From Chrysomallon squamiferum (Eukaryota > Animalia > Mollusca), in contig CM022672.1 in the NCBI GenBank assembly GCA_012295275.1, positions 15,190,001 to 15,254,000 of the forward strand: a stretch of DNA of 64,000 nucleotides. Reading direction: 5' to 3'. The translations under genes were made by a program, and so were the position numbers. The notes under the pieces are model-generated. The model made no database searches. It worked only from the letters and a program-made list of their open reading frames with translations, and had not been told where the DNA came from. Below are positions 51,305 through 64,000 of the stretch, one piece after another; within the stretch, counting starts at the first letter, position 1; each line of letters begins with the position of its first letter.

Positions 51305-53359
51305 GTGGGTATCCGCCCCCAGAAGAAAAAAATATATATATATTTTTTATTAAGCATATAATTTTCACTCTTAAGACTTCAAAAAAAAAAAAAAAAAAAA
51401 AAACACCTCCGCCCACCAAAAAAACAAAACAAATAACAACAACAAACAAACAAACAAAAAACAACAAAACAAACAAGACACAACAAAACAACAGAAACAG
51501 AAAATAATATTATAAAAAATCAAATGAAATTCTGAGAGACTCCTTTTGATTGCAAGGATCTAAGCTGCACCTTTATTAGTTTGTATTTAAATCCGCTTCT
51601 AATCTCTCTATATACTTATCAGTAATATGACTCAGTTCTAAAAATAACATTTTACTAATGTTCTTAAACATAACAACCGAAACATTCACTGCGTAATTAT
51701 CTTTATCTTTTGATAAAATTGAAAACTTAAAATACTGGTATAGAAAATTCAACCTGTTTGTAAGTCCTTGTTGTTGTCATTCTTTATTAGTATCATGATT
51801 TTTTTTTTATTTATTTACTTTTTATTTTATTATTATTATGATTTTTTTTAAAAATGTTTTGACTGTTATAAGTTTCTGAGTTTATCTAATACATACGCTT
51901 AATTTGTAAAATATTTAAAAAAAATTAGCATGTTATTCCATTACAACAACAACAGCAACACAATAATAATAATAAATAAATAAATAAATAAAATAAAAAA
52001 ATAAATAAAAATAAATAAAATAAATGAATCAGTCTTTTCTCATACAGTTTCTTGATAAAAGAATGATAAACAATTATTCATTTTTCTAAAATTTATTTTA
52101 TTTTACATTATTTTATTTTATTTATTTATTTATTTATTTATTATTATTTATTTATTTATTTATTTATTTAATTTTTTTTTATATGTATATAACATGAAAT
52201 ACAAATTTTTAAAAAGAAGAAAAACAGCTGTGACGTTTTAACAAGTCACGTGATTTATTAATCAGGTCGCCAATGCTTTGACACACGACAGTCCGCAACA
52301 GAAGCTCAGCCTGACTTTCAAGTGGACAGCACCAACACAGCCTGACGCAGACGTCGTGTTTAGGTAACCGCAACAACACAACAACAACATTCCCATCATT
52401 AACAAGAGTAATTACTGCCATTACAACTATGAATAACACACACATACATGAATGACACAGATCATAGTTAGACAGATGTGCACTGGTATACATAATAAAA
52501 CGACATACAAAACCGCATGCATTATATATGTGCCGTTACGTAACTACATTGAAACACATTTTAAAAAGTTTTCATGCCTCATTTCAAAAAGTCATGTTAT
52601 GGCCATGCATACATATAGACACACACAAGGAGACACATAGGCATACACACACATATACACACTTTATACACACATTTGTTCATATACACATAAATGTGTA
52701 CATTTAAGTTAAAATTCAGATTTTTACTTTTTTCCCCCCAGGGCTACATTCGTCCAGTCCTTTGAAAAATATTGGGTGGACGTCAGGTCCCCTGTTGTAC
52801 ATTTGAACAAAGCTCACGAAAACCTAACCACATCAACAACATCAACTCCGTTGTCATCAGTTGTATCAACTCCGTCGTTATCATCATCTTTAAGTCAGTC
52901 ATTATCATCATCTTCAACTGTTTCAACTCTGACAACATCATCTCGGATGTCACCTACGTCAGTGACAATTTCATCAGCATCGCGGCTAACACCTTCGTCA
53001 ACATTAACTACGTCTTCCACATCATCAGTACCTATATTATCTTCGCCGACCACATTAGCACTAGCTCCATCATCATCGATATCGACGACAGCGAAAAGTG
53101 TAACTACCAAAATAGTCACAGTTGTTGCGGTAATAAATGTTTTGTACATCTAATGTATTTTCCGCAGAAGAAAGATAACAAGGAAAAATATAATTAAAAT
53201 AAATAAATAAATAAACAAAACTAAAACTTAATTAATTAATTAATTAACTGACTTTTCCATTTTTATCGCAGAAAATATAATCATACATATGCAAAAGGTT
53301 TAAAATGTGCACCATTTCCAGAAAACTTTATCATTCGAAAGTGTGTATTTGTGCTTGTG

Positions 53360-53393
<34 letters not shown>

Positions 53394-56300
53394 CTGTGTG
53401 TCCGCGCGCGTGTGTGAAAAACGTTCTTATCAGTCCTTCTATTAAAATTAAAATTATTTTTAAAGTTGCAATTTAAAATTGCATTCACAGGGTAATAATA
53501 ACTTTGCCAGCGACACAGAATGTGCAAAGACAAAATATTGCTATGACGACTGCGGCACCAGCGGCTGCACGTTCCAGGTGACGCTGTATTTAGAGGGAGA
53601 TAATATTTTCCTGACGCTGAAAAGTATTTTTGAGCATGGTGATAAACACTGGATGGCAGCGGGTTTGTCGGCAGATGCACACATGGTAAATGTTAATGTC
53701 GGACTGTAGAAAATGTGTTATACAAGACATATTTATTAATACCAAATGATTATGAAGTCAGAAAAAAACAATAATAATAATAATAATTATCAGATCTACC
53801 CCCAAATTCAAACAACACACCCACACACACAACCCCCCTTCAAAACAAAAACAGACAAGAAACAAAAACAAAACACAGCAAAACAACAATAACAAACAAA
53901 CAACAGTACAAGAAAATATTGTAGGCTATATGCAGTTTATATAAAAAAAAAGTTTTTTAAATTTAAAAAATTTTTTTTTTTGTTTATATATTAACCCAGT
54001 GAATAAAAAAGATGAATAAAACACTTTTCGAGGAAAGTTAAAGTGACCTTTGAGGTTAGGAAGAAATATACATTGTGTATCACATATTTACAAGTTATGT
54101 TCTGCTTTTTTTTTTTGCCATACAAATTTAATTTAAAAAACTGAAGTATAAAAACGCAGGAGTATCAGTTAAAAAGTATCTGGAGGACACGATGTTTTGA
54201 AGGCTTACAAATGTTTTGTAACAGTATTGTGTTATTGTGATACTTTGTTATTAACGCTGGCAGGTAATAATAAAAAAAAAAACGAAAAAAAAAGATAATA
54301 AAAAACCAAAACAATAAAATAAAATAATAAACTACGCAGCATATATTTAGTCTGTTTATGCGTACTGCCACAGGCATACTCAAAACGTTAAGTTTTTATT
54401 TTTTATTTTAAAAGGCGTCATTATAAAACAAAGCTTTAAGTTCTAGTTATTTATCTTACGTCAAAATCCATTCTTCATACTCTCCGTCGTTACTGGAATA
54501 TATGTTCTATTTATCTAAAAAGAAAAGTTATTTCTGAAATTTTTAATTTATTATTTTATTTTAAATATGTTAACTTTTAAATTATTTTAGGGTAACGACA
54601 GCGTCAGTGAATGTGTTGTAGTGGATGGAAGCGTCAGGGCATTTCAGTCTTATAACAAAGACTACACTAACATACGACTACGAAATGTATGTACTCCGTT
54701 TCTAAAGTAAATATAATTTATTTATATGCGCTAGTGAAATAGTGTTTATATTATCTGAGTGTTTATATTATCTGTTGGTACCATAATGAAACGAACCTAT
54801 GTTTAATTAATACCTATACAACTTGTTTTCATTCTTTTTACTAACTGGGGTATAAATTAAGACGTCGCCAAATTTAGGAAACAAACATCTATTTTCATGA
54901 GAATTAATTATTTTCATCAATAACCTTTGTAGAAAACACAAGTCGGTAGTTAATTCTCGACAAATTATATAAAGACAACGTTCTTAATGCTCAAGGGAGG
55001 AAAATACGCCTTTTTTTTTTTTTTTTTTTCAATTCACAACGTAATGAACATTATTGACACAGTTTCCGCTTTGTTTGGTCTCATCTCGCATTTAATTCTT
55101 CGTCACATGAAAAGTCGTTATAAAGTTTGACGAGAAGTCATCAAACGGAAAATCGTCACAGAGGGACGAGAAGTAATTTCATGTACAACTCGTCACTGAA
55201 CCGAGTTTCGCCAAAAGAAAAGTCGTTATACACTGAGAAGTCGTTCAACAGGTAGGTACCAGACCAATTATCCGGACTACTTGGGGCCTGAGGCATTCCG
55301 GATTTCTAGAATTCCCGATTTTCTGGTACCAAGGCATCTAAGTACGTAAATAATTAGGCATAAACATTTTAAAATTAAAAACATAAAGAAAAATGACGAT
55401 ACACAACTGTGGTGACTCGACACTTAAACAATGCGGAGAGTAAATGAACGCCAAGCGGGTTGAAAGAGTAGTTCCGGTCTGGTGAGAACTGAAAATAGCG
55501 TCGGGAAAAACGTCCGGTTTTCTGGTCTTTCCGGATTTCAGGACGCCGGATAATTGGTCCGGTACCTTTATCATTCTAATGCGGAGGTCTGGCGGAAGTC
55601 GTTCGCTCGTTCGTTCGTTCTCGCAGTCAATCAACGATAAACATTTTGGGATCTGTGAACTTGACTTTGAAATACATTGAGTCGATGTGATTGACTGTAT
55701 ACAATATTTCCTGAACTCTGACTTTTGATACACCAATCAGGAATTTTTTTTTTGTGGATTGAACAATTAACATTTGATGATTCTTTGAATTCTGAACAGA
55801 ACTTTAACTAGTTTTTCATTAAGTTTATAAAATAAAAATATAATTAAACCTTTATACAGCTTGTTCTTTTGTTTTGGATATATGCATTCATCTTAACTGT
55901 TTAATGGATTAAACCTTAAGTCAACTTTATACTGGGTTAACAATATCTGAAATCCAAATGATTTATTATTTAGTGATGGTATGATGTTTGATTACATTAC
56001 TAACATACAAGTTTTGACAAGCTGAAAAGGCAGCCCTGTTACAATAATTTATATTTATATTCTACAGATAGAGTCAAACGTAGAGCTGATCTCAGGATTT
56101 GTGATTGATAACATATTTGAATGTAGTATTGTGAGCACCAAGCCTCAAGATAGATATGCAAAAGGTTTTGATTTTGAGAACTCTTGGCATGTATTGTTTG
56201 CCCGTGGCACTGCTAACTCAGGTAACAAATATTATTATTACTGCCTCTACTGGTACTTTACTATCACACACAGTCTGTTACCAGTGATAATAATGTGAAT

Positions 56301-59300
56301 CTTGCTCTATGTAGTTACAAAGAGGTGATCATTCAGTAGTTTCTGCTTAGGACATGCATCATTTTACTTGACATTAATACAATATTTTTTTCGAATCATA
56401 TTAATAACAATGGAAATGAGATAAAATATAATTTTTAAAAGTATAGTTTTTCAGAATTATTGCATATGATCCAAGCCTGTAAAAATAACATGACCTATGA
56501 CTGGTTTATTATGTGAAGGTGCTCATAAAACGAATCCTTTCCTGCTTGTTGAAAATTAATAGTCATTCCATGCATTACAACAGCTAATTGGCTTTTTTTA
56601 TTTTATGTCAGTGGAGACAACTGCATTCCTTTGTTTTGGATTTTCCAAAGTAATATTTAATTTAATGTTTCAACTTCAGGCTTTTATATTTTTTTATTTA
56701 GATTACAGTAAACAGATTCATGAATTTTCATCAGCCTCGTCATCAGCATGGAACATTACCAAATACAACATCACACCTTTGTTAGCTGAGGATGCACCCA
56801 ACCAAAACTCAGTGCCTGCTGCCGTCGTAAGTTTTAAACAAGAAGAATGAAAAACAACCAAACAGAAAGTAAACATAAAGCAAGAAAACAAAACACATAC
56901 AAAAGCAAATAAAGGCAAACTCTAATGGAAAAGAAATTACAAATTATATTAAGAAACAATTTTTATACTGCTAAAACAGGTTCATAAATGTTTGCTGTAT
57001 AATAATAATAGTCTGACAGTTATTTTCATATCTTTCTCAATACAAGATGACATCACACACCACTCACTATGTCTTCATGAGCTTCTAGTTTTATTACCAT
57101 ACCTTATTAAGATCTAAATAATATTAGACTATTTATTAATGTATCATTTATTGAAATGATAAACATCTATATAAATTGTTATATTCTTTCTTTTCAAAAC
57201 AAATTTTGATATAATATTTTGAATTGGTAATAATAAACTCTTTTAAAAAAAATATAATTCCAGAAAGGTAAATTCACCAAGGACACTGAATGTGGAGTAA
57301 CTAAAGGATGTTTCCATGACTGTGACACTGATGGCTGTACCTTTCTGGTGTCATGGCAACCAGCAGGAGATGAAGTATACTTTGGACTGAAGACAGAAAC
57401 AAACAATGGACCAAATATGTGGATGGCTTTGGCATTTTCATCAGACAACAAAATGGTGATTGTCTCTTTGTTTTAGCCTTCTTGCTCATTTGTTATATAT
57501 AAAATTTTTTTTTTTTTTTTGTACAACAGCAACAACAACTGTTACTACTATTACTACTACTATTACTACTGCTACTTCTACTTCTACTACTGCAGCATCA
57601 ATAATAACAATTACAATAACAATTACAGTAACTGATACCACAATAACGACAACAACAATAATAATAGCAACAACAGTAACTACATCTTCTACTGCAGCAA
57701 CAATAATGACAATAACAGTTGCAACAACGATTATAATAACTGATACAACAACTGCATGTATAATAATACTGATGATAATGTGTTGTCTTTGAGAGATGTT
57801 AAACTAATGTAGTTGCTTACAGGGTGATGACAGTGTCAGTGAGTGTGTCTCAGTTGGTGGAACAGTAAAAGTGTTTCAGTCATTTAATAAAGATGAAAAA
57901 AATAATCGACTTTCTGATGTAAGTTACCATTTAGTGCTATTATTATTATTATATACTCACTATTTTTAATAAAAACCAACCCTGTAATAGTCATAATTTT
58001 TTATACTTAATTGTTTTATAATACGGTAATATATTTTGGATTACATTAACATGTTATATTTTATATTACCTTAATATTATATTTTAAAATTGTTTCTTCT
58101 AATGCAACAATCTACACAAATTTCGCACACATGTATTAATTATTCCTAATACTTTTACTAGCAGTAAATATAAAAAAAAAATATTTTTGTTTTATTAATT
58201 ATAATTGAATGTTGGCTTGATCCATGATTGGTCACAGCAACAATTCTGTTACGGCTCCCACTGTGCATTTTCCCTTTTCAGCCAGTACCATACTAACTGA
58301 TTTATGAAAGATAATATTATTTTTCCTGTGTGTTTGAAGATGGATATAAATGATTTGTTTCTGCTATCTTAAAAAGAGTATTTCATTGTCTCATAGTTAG
58401 ATGAATATGGCCATAGGATCATAGACTAAAATATGTTTTTGTTTGGTTTGTTATCTGTAGCCTCACATTGGAATTCGTCTTGACACATGGTCTAGGTCAG
58501 ATTCGGTATTTCAATGTTCATTCTACAGAAACAGTTCAGTGATTGGAGATCCCAAAATATTCAACATCAGTAAATCGTGGAAACTCATGTTTGGTCAAGG
58601 AAAAGCTGACTCAAGTATTTATATCTCTTATTACTTGCTTTAAACAATAGTTTACTGCTTCTACTGCTACTATTACTGCCCCTACTGGTACTGTTCTATT
58701 TCTGCTGCTATTACTTCTACCACTACTACTTCTTCACTAGCACAGAACAACTGATGCTATTACCACTATATTCTTCCTCCTGTTATTACTACTGCTACTA
58801 CAGAACAACTACTACCATTACTACTAAACTACTAGTCCTGCTGCTACTACTAGTATTACTACTGCTGTTCTATTACTACAGAACAAATAATACTATTATC
58901 CCTACACTACTTCTACTACTACTGTACTATAACATCTATACTACCACTCTCTGGCTTCAGTTACACCACAACAATTACTGCTACTATATTATTAGTACAG
59001 TACAACTACCTACTACTACTACTACTACTACTATTACTGCAACTATTTTATTACAACAGCAACAACTACTGCTGTTGTATTACTAATTAAGTATGGAACT
59101 ACAAAAAACCCATCAATCAGGTGTTTAAGATTATTCTAACATTTTACAGTATGAATATTTTACATACCAAATAGTAATATTTATAAACAGTTGCAAATTT
59201 TCTAACAAGAAACCGTGCTACTTGAAAGAAGAATAGATCAGAAAAGATCAAAAGGAGACAAATGTGTTTTCTTAATATTATTTAAATAGTTGAAATTGAG

Positions 59301-62129
59301 TTAGTATTGTTTGGTTAGAACATTATTATTTATGGGTGTTTTTGTCAGTGTCATGATCACCATCATCATGTTGTTGTTGTTGTTGTTACTATTATCATCA
59401 TAATCATCATTTTCAATATTCATCATTGTGGAAAGGCTTATAGAAATATCAAGGAAACTATAGTTTTGCCAATCATGGCATCCATGCTTTAGTTATTATT
59501 CATTATTTTCAGATTTCATCAAGCAAGAACATTCAGTAAAGCCCATTGTTTCTGCTGATGCTGTTAATATGAATGAGACAAAAGAAGTATTTCCAGAAGA
59601 AGATGAAAGTTTAGCTACAGCACATGGTTGGTAAAAACTGAATTAGTGAGTTAATGAAAGATGCAAATATTTTATATACACTTTATTTACAGTTATATGG
59701 TAACTGTATGGTTAAGGAACACTAAAATAAAGTGAGGGGCTACTCTTTCCAGTTAGCAACAAGGGTTTTGTTACATGCACCATCCCATAGACATGATAGT
59801 GGATACCATGTCCTTTGTTGCACCAGAATATAAATACTCCTCATAGTAGCCATTTTAATTATATTATATATCACATAATAATAATAATAATAATAATAAA
59901 AATAATAAGAATAAGAATAATTGTTATTGTCCCTGTTACCATATATATATATGCACACACACACATACACACTAGGGTTTGCAAATTACTGATAATATCA
60001 ATACCGGTAAATTACCGGAAGATATTCTCAATACCGGTTTTCACTGGTTTTCCCCACTTTTAATTAGTTTGTGCACAGGAAAAGGTACTTACGGGTCTTT
60101 TGTGGACACTGTTTTCTCTTACACATACTCATTTTATTTATTATTTGACACTCATCTGACAGCATTATTCATTATCTTTCTTTTCCTACCTATCTTCAGA
60201 ACAAATGGTGAAATGAACCTTTATAGAACTTAAAATGGGTACAAAAGGTATATAAGAAATATACATGCAATGAAAAAAAACAAGAAGAAATGTGGATGTG
60301 AATTTTATAAAAAGGAAACAAGAAAATTATGTTTATTATCCAAAATGTACAATCATATGTTTTGCAACTTTTGAGAAGTTCTGATTCATTCCTCGATACT
60401 CGAGAAGTATGACTTTAAAAAATACATTACATCTAGTGTCTTGGGCGACAACCGAGAAGCAGGAGCCAATCCCTTATCACTAGTCGCCAAAATGATTTAG
60501 GATGGCACACATATCAGGAATCAAACAGATAAACTTGGAATAATAAACAGATTAGCATTGAGTTTGCATCTGAAGGCACGCTAGCAACACCCGAGTAACT
60601 AACATAATCTTATGTTAACAACTAACATATCTCTCAACATAACTCATTAAAATCTAGAAAACCAGTATTGGTGCTTCAGTAATGGTATAACCCCATTGGT
60701 TACTAAAACCAGTTTTTACCGGTATTTAAATACACACACACACACATACATACATACATACATACCTATATAAAATATTATTTTATTATCAAATTTTTAA
60801 ATAAAATATCTTTTGTGATTTTTTTCTTCAACCTCTCTGTTTAGGATGTTTGATGGTGATTGCATGGATTTTTTCTAGTAGTATTGGATTAATTGCTGCA
60901 CGCTATTATAAAACAGAGTGGTCACAAGTCAACTTATTTGGCCTGAAAATCTGGTTTCACGTGAGACTCAGCAGTTCATTCAAATACAGTCGAACATATC
61001 TGCAACTAAACAAACAAACAAAAACAAACAGTAATAAAAAAATCAAACATAACATATGCATATGTACAAACATCATATATACACCTGGAATGTTAGATAT
61101 AACTATAGATATACAAAAAACAGACATTTTTTATGTTTTGTATATGTATGTCTGTATGTATATATGTATATACATGTATTTACATGTGTATTTATATATT
61201 TAAGTGTGTGTATATATATATGTTTGTATATATATATATATATATATATGTATTTATGAATGTTTGCAAGCATGTCTGTGTGTGTATGTGTTTATGCATT
61301 TGTTTCATACTGATATTTTTGTGTGTCTGTCAGCTGATTATTATTTTTGATTTGTTTGTAGATACATAGGACTTGTATGGTGTTAGCATTCCTAGCTAAC
61401 TGTTTAGGTTTTATTCTAATATTCATACATGTTGAAGGATACAGTGATGTAAGTTTTGACATTGTTTTTTCATCAATTAAAACAAACCCACATTTTTTTG
61501 CATCACTACCTGTCTTTCACTGTGTCTACTGGTATATCTGTCTGTTTCTATTTCTTTGTCTCTTTTTTGTCTGTCTTTCTATCTGTTTATCTATTTCACT
61601 GTCCTCTGTCTGTCTTCCAGTCTGAATGTTTGTCTGTCTTCTGTCTATTTATTATTTGTTTGGTCTTTGTTTTACCTCTCTATCTGTCTTCCAGTCTATG
61701 CAAAATGTATTTTTTTTAATAATAATCAGTCATTTTAAATTTGCAAGAAGTTTTTGGAAATTTGAGGTCTTTTTTGGTTATTAAAATGCAGTTGTAAAAT
61801 ACCATGCAAAATCTATAATTTTTTTAATGGAATAATCTTGAAATGAAAAATTCACTGACTGGGGAGTTAATAAAAAAATGAAAAAAAAGGAAAATGGAAT
61901 TCTCACAGAACAAATATAATTTGATGGAAGCATAGTAAAACTACTTTTGTTATTATTGTTGTTACAACTACTATCTACCACTACTACTACCACTACCATT
62001 ACTATTGCTATCACTACTACTAACTGCAATTATTGTTACTACTACTGATGCAGTAATACAAATATATGCCTGGTTATATTATTATTATTATATTATTGTT
62101 ATTATTACTGATTATTATTATTATATGCC

Positions 62130-62205
<76 letters not shown>

Positions 62206-64000
62206 GTTATTCAGATTGAGGGAGAAGGTTTCAAGAAGGCACATCCTGTTTTGGGCATCATTGTCACAGTCCTTGTTATCATCAATGTAAGTTGTCATTC
62301 AGGAGCAGATCTTGAATTTAATGAAGTAGGAGATGAAAAACTTTATCTATCTCATTCTTGTAGTCTCACTACCAGTTGTTATGTATAATTATATAGACAG
62401 TGAGTGTATAGCTTTTGTACACTTATTGCTAATAAATATTATTCAGTTTGTATACAGCATGAATAAGTTATTCTCTTTTTTTAAATATTTTCAGCCTATT
62501 ATGTCCATTTTTCGGCCTGGTCTACTTGACAGCAAGAGACCAATATTTAATTGGGCTCATAGGGGTGTTGGGACTAGTGCCTTTGTACTTGGAAGTAAGT
62601 TAAGTTCTTTGTAAAATGTGAAGAAATAACTATCTTGCACCATAATTGAAAACAAATTTCAGTTACAGTGATAATAGTGATGACGATAAAAGCAAAATTT
62701 ATTATTATTATTTTTTTTTTTTTGTTGTTGCTGTTATTGTATGATGATAATATTAGAAATTCAAGTCATCATAATTGTGTCTTAATGTAATTGTAATAGT
62801 TTTTAATAAGGATGATAGGAATGATGATGATGTTAAAAGAAAACAAAGAAAGACAGACATACCGTTGTGTACATCCAAGTGTGTGTGTTTTATGTAGGCT
62901 GACTTTTGTTTTCAGCTATCACTATATTCTTTGGAACACAGCTTCATGATACTCCATTTTACCTGGTCTACATTCTGGGTGGCTATGTCACATGGTTGAT
63001 TTTGACCATATTGATTCTTGAGATTATTTTGTGCTACACAGTGAAAAAATGTAAGGGAAAAAACTCTTTCTCTGACTGTCTGATAATTTTTCTGTGCCTC
63101 CTTCTCTCTTTGTCTCTCTCTCTCTCTCTCTCTCCAGCCACATGTCTTTCTGTCAATCTGTCTATCTGGATTTAGTGGTATTTTCATGTGGATTAGTTCT
63201 AGATCTATTTGGAAATTTAGCAAACAACAAAACAATAAAAACAAAAAATAAATAAAATAAAATAATATATAATTTAACAAGAAAACAAAGAAGAAGAAAA
63301 AAGAAACAAGTCAGAAGTTTCACTTGTAAATGTATTTACAGATTCTGTTAACAAGAAAATGCAAATTCAGATGAATTCACTTGCCCACACAGATGAAGAG
63401 AGACCAGAATCTGTTTCACCGGTGAGTAAGATATAAATGTCAGTTCTAATTCAATTATTTTTTATTTTTTTATACTTATTATTATTATTATTATTATTTT
63501 TTTTTTTTTGTTTACAAATATAATTATTAAATTAATAAATACAGTTTTATACAATAAATAAAAGTAAGTCACAATTTCATTTCTAGAAATAATGTAAAAA
63601 GATTGTTCATGAGATTCTCAAAGAAGGTTTAAGCAAAAATAGAAAAGTCAAGTTCGGGTTAGCAGATAATATAATAATATGAACTTGAAATTTATTAATA
63701 TTAGATAAAAATTATAATTCTACACTACTACCTCTACAAATACTAACAACAACAACAACAACAACAACTAATAATAATGTTGTTGTTATTGTTTGTTATA
63801 TTTATTATTATTTTTGTTGTGGCTTTTGTCATAATTAACAATCTGGGAAAGAGCATTGGATTTTCAGAGTGAAAATCTTAGTTCATCTGCTGTAAATGGT
63901 AGACATTTTTATATCAGTACATTCTCCCAATATTCAGTTTGAGTAATAACCATTATTTTCACTTTCAGGAACTCTTGGTGAAGAAAATAATTCTGGGTTT
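49729..64000 (+). CDS. FRRS1: Ferric-chelate reductase 1-like (SDR2): signal peptide, Reeler, Ser/Thr stalk, DOMON x2, cytochrome b561; 3' end lies beyond the window
   Basis: Coding exons 49729-49939, 50384-50529, 52266-52363, 52742-53129, 53491-53685, 54591-54686, 56068-56221, 56702-56826, 57264-57455, 57823-57918, 58461-58614, 59513-59626, 60845-60960, 61362-61448, 62215-62286, 62495-62594, 62916-63050, 63342-63421, 63969->64000; all GT-AG and phase-consistent. Reeler motifs CTSMDP, FKGFLVKAR, KWTAP, FRATFVQSFEKYW. DOMON motifs WMAAGLSADAHMGNDSVSEC and WMALAFSSDNKMGDDSVSEC. The four b561 His are in AHGCLM, IHRTCM, AHPVLG and FNWAHR. Confidence 0.92.
55254..55567. mobile_element. MITE (pogo/Tigger-like non-autonomous DNA transposon) in FRRS1 intron 6
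   Basis: 22-nt inverted repeats AGGTACCAGACCAATTATCCGG (55254-55275) and CCGGATAATTGGTCCGGTACCT (55546-55567), one mismatch. Repeated subterminal TCCGG(A/T)TTT words; no coding capacity. Confidence 0.8.
57525..57780. repeat. Degenerate trinucleotide (ACA/ACT/ATA)n tract
   Basis: Directly visible; source of the spurious poly-Thr ORF at 57460. Confidence 0.85.
58650..59085. repeat. Degenerate (ACT/CTA)n tract
   Basis: Directly visible. Confidence 0.85.
59656..59826 (-). mobile_element. Truncated SINE fragment (tRNA-derived gastropod-type family)
   Basis: TTTATTTACAGTTATATGG...GGGCTACTCTTTCCAGTTAGCAACAAGGG...ATGCACCATCCCATAGAC...CCTTTGTTGCACCAG matches, from memory, a high-copy SINE of gastropod genomes. 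Weaker copies occur at ~0.7 and ~29.5 kb. The tRNA head is absent; no database check was possible. Confidence 0.6.
59973..60726. mobile_element. Possible decayed hAT-like non-autonomous element
   Basis: Begins TAGGGTTTGC followed by clustered AATACCGGT/TTACCGG words. Mirror words AAACCAGT/ACCGGTATT cluster at 60658-60726. The right TIR is not recognisable. Confidence 0.35.
62132..62205. repeat. (TTA)~24 microsatellite abutting an FRRS1 splice acceptor
   Basis: Directly visible; ends 9 nt before the exon start at 62215. Confidence 0.95.

Overview
AT-rich, intron-rich animal genomic DNA. A SINE family recalled from memory suggests a gastropod mollusc; this is an inference. Four protein-coding genes were reconstructed exon by exon with GT-AG sites and consistent phases. 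(1) SLBP, histone stem-loop binding protein (+, 8 coding exons, 2115-6425, ~345 aa). (2) A HEXDC/hexosaminidase-D-like GH20 enzyme (+, 2 coding exons, 12181-15398, ~969 aa) with an N-terminal membrane anchor and a C-terminal array of 14 x 12-aa repeats, most ending in [FL]-G-[RK]. (3) TCERG1 (-, 21 coding exons, 44616-22422, 3 WW plus FF repeats), with an apparent 2-nt frameshift in exon 13 and several candidate poison-exon or alternative splice-site elements. (4) An FRRS1/SDR2-like ferric-chelate reductase (+, from 49729, running off the window end) with Reeler, Ser/Thr stalk, two tandem DOMON domains and cytochrome b561. An orphan relic of an FRRS1 exon plus intron lies upstream of TCERG1. 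The rest is microsatellites, SINE remnants and MITE-like elements. No rRNA, tRNA or CRISPR array is supported. Splicing and regulatory claims come from sequence alone and need RNA-seq or raw reads.
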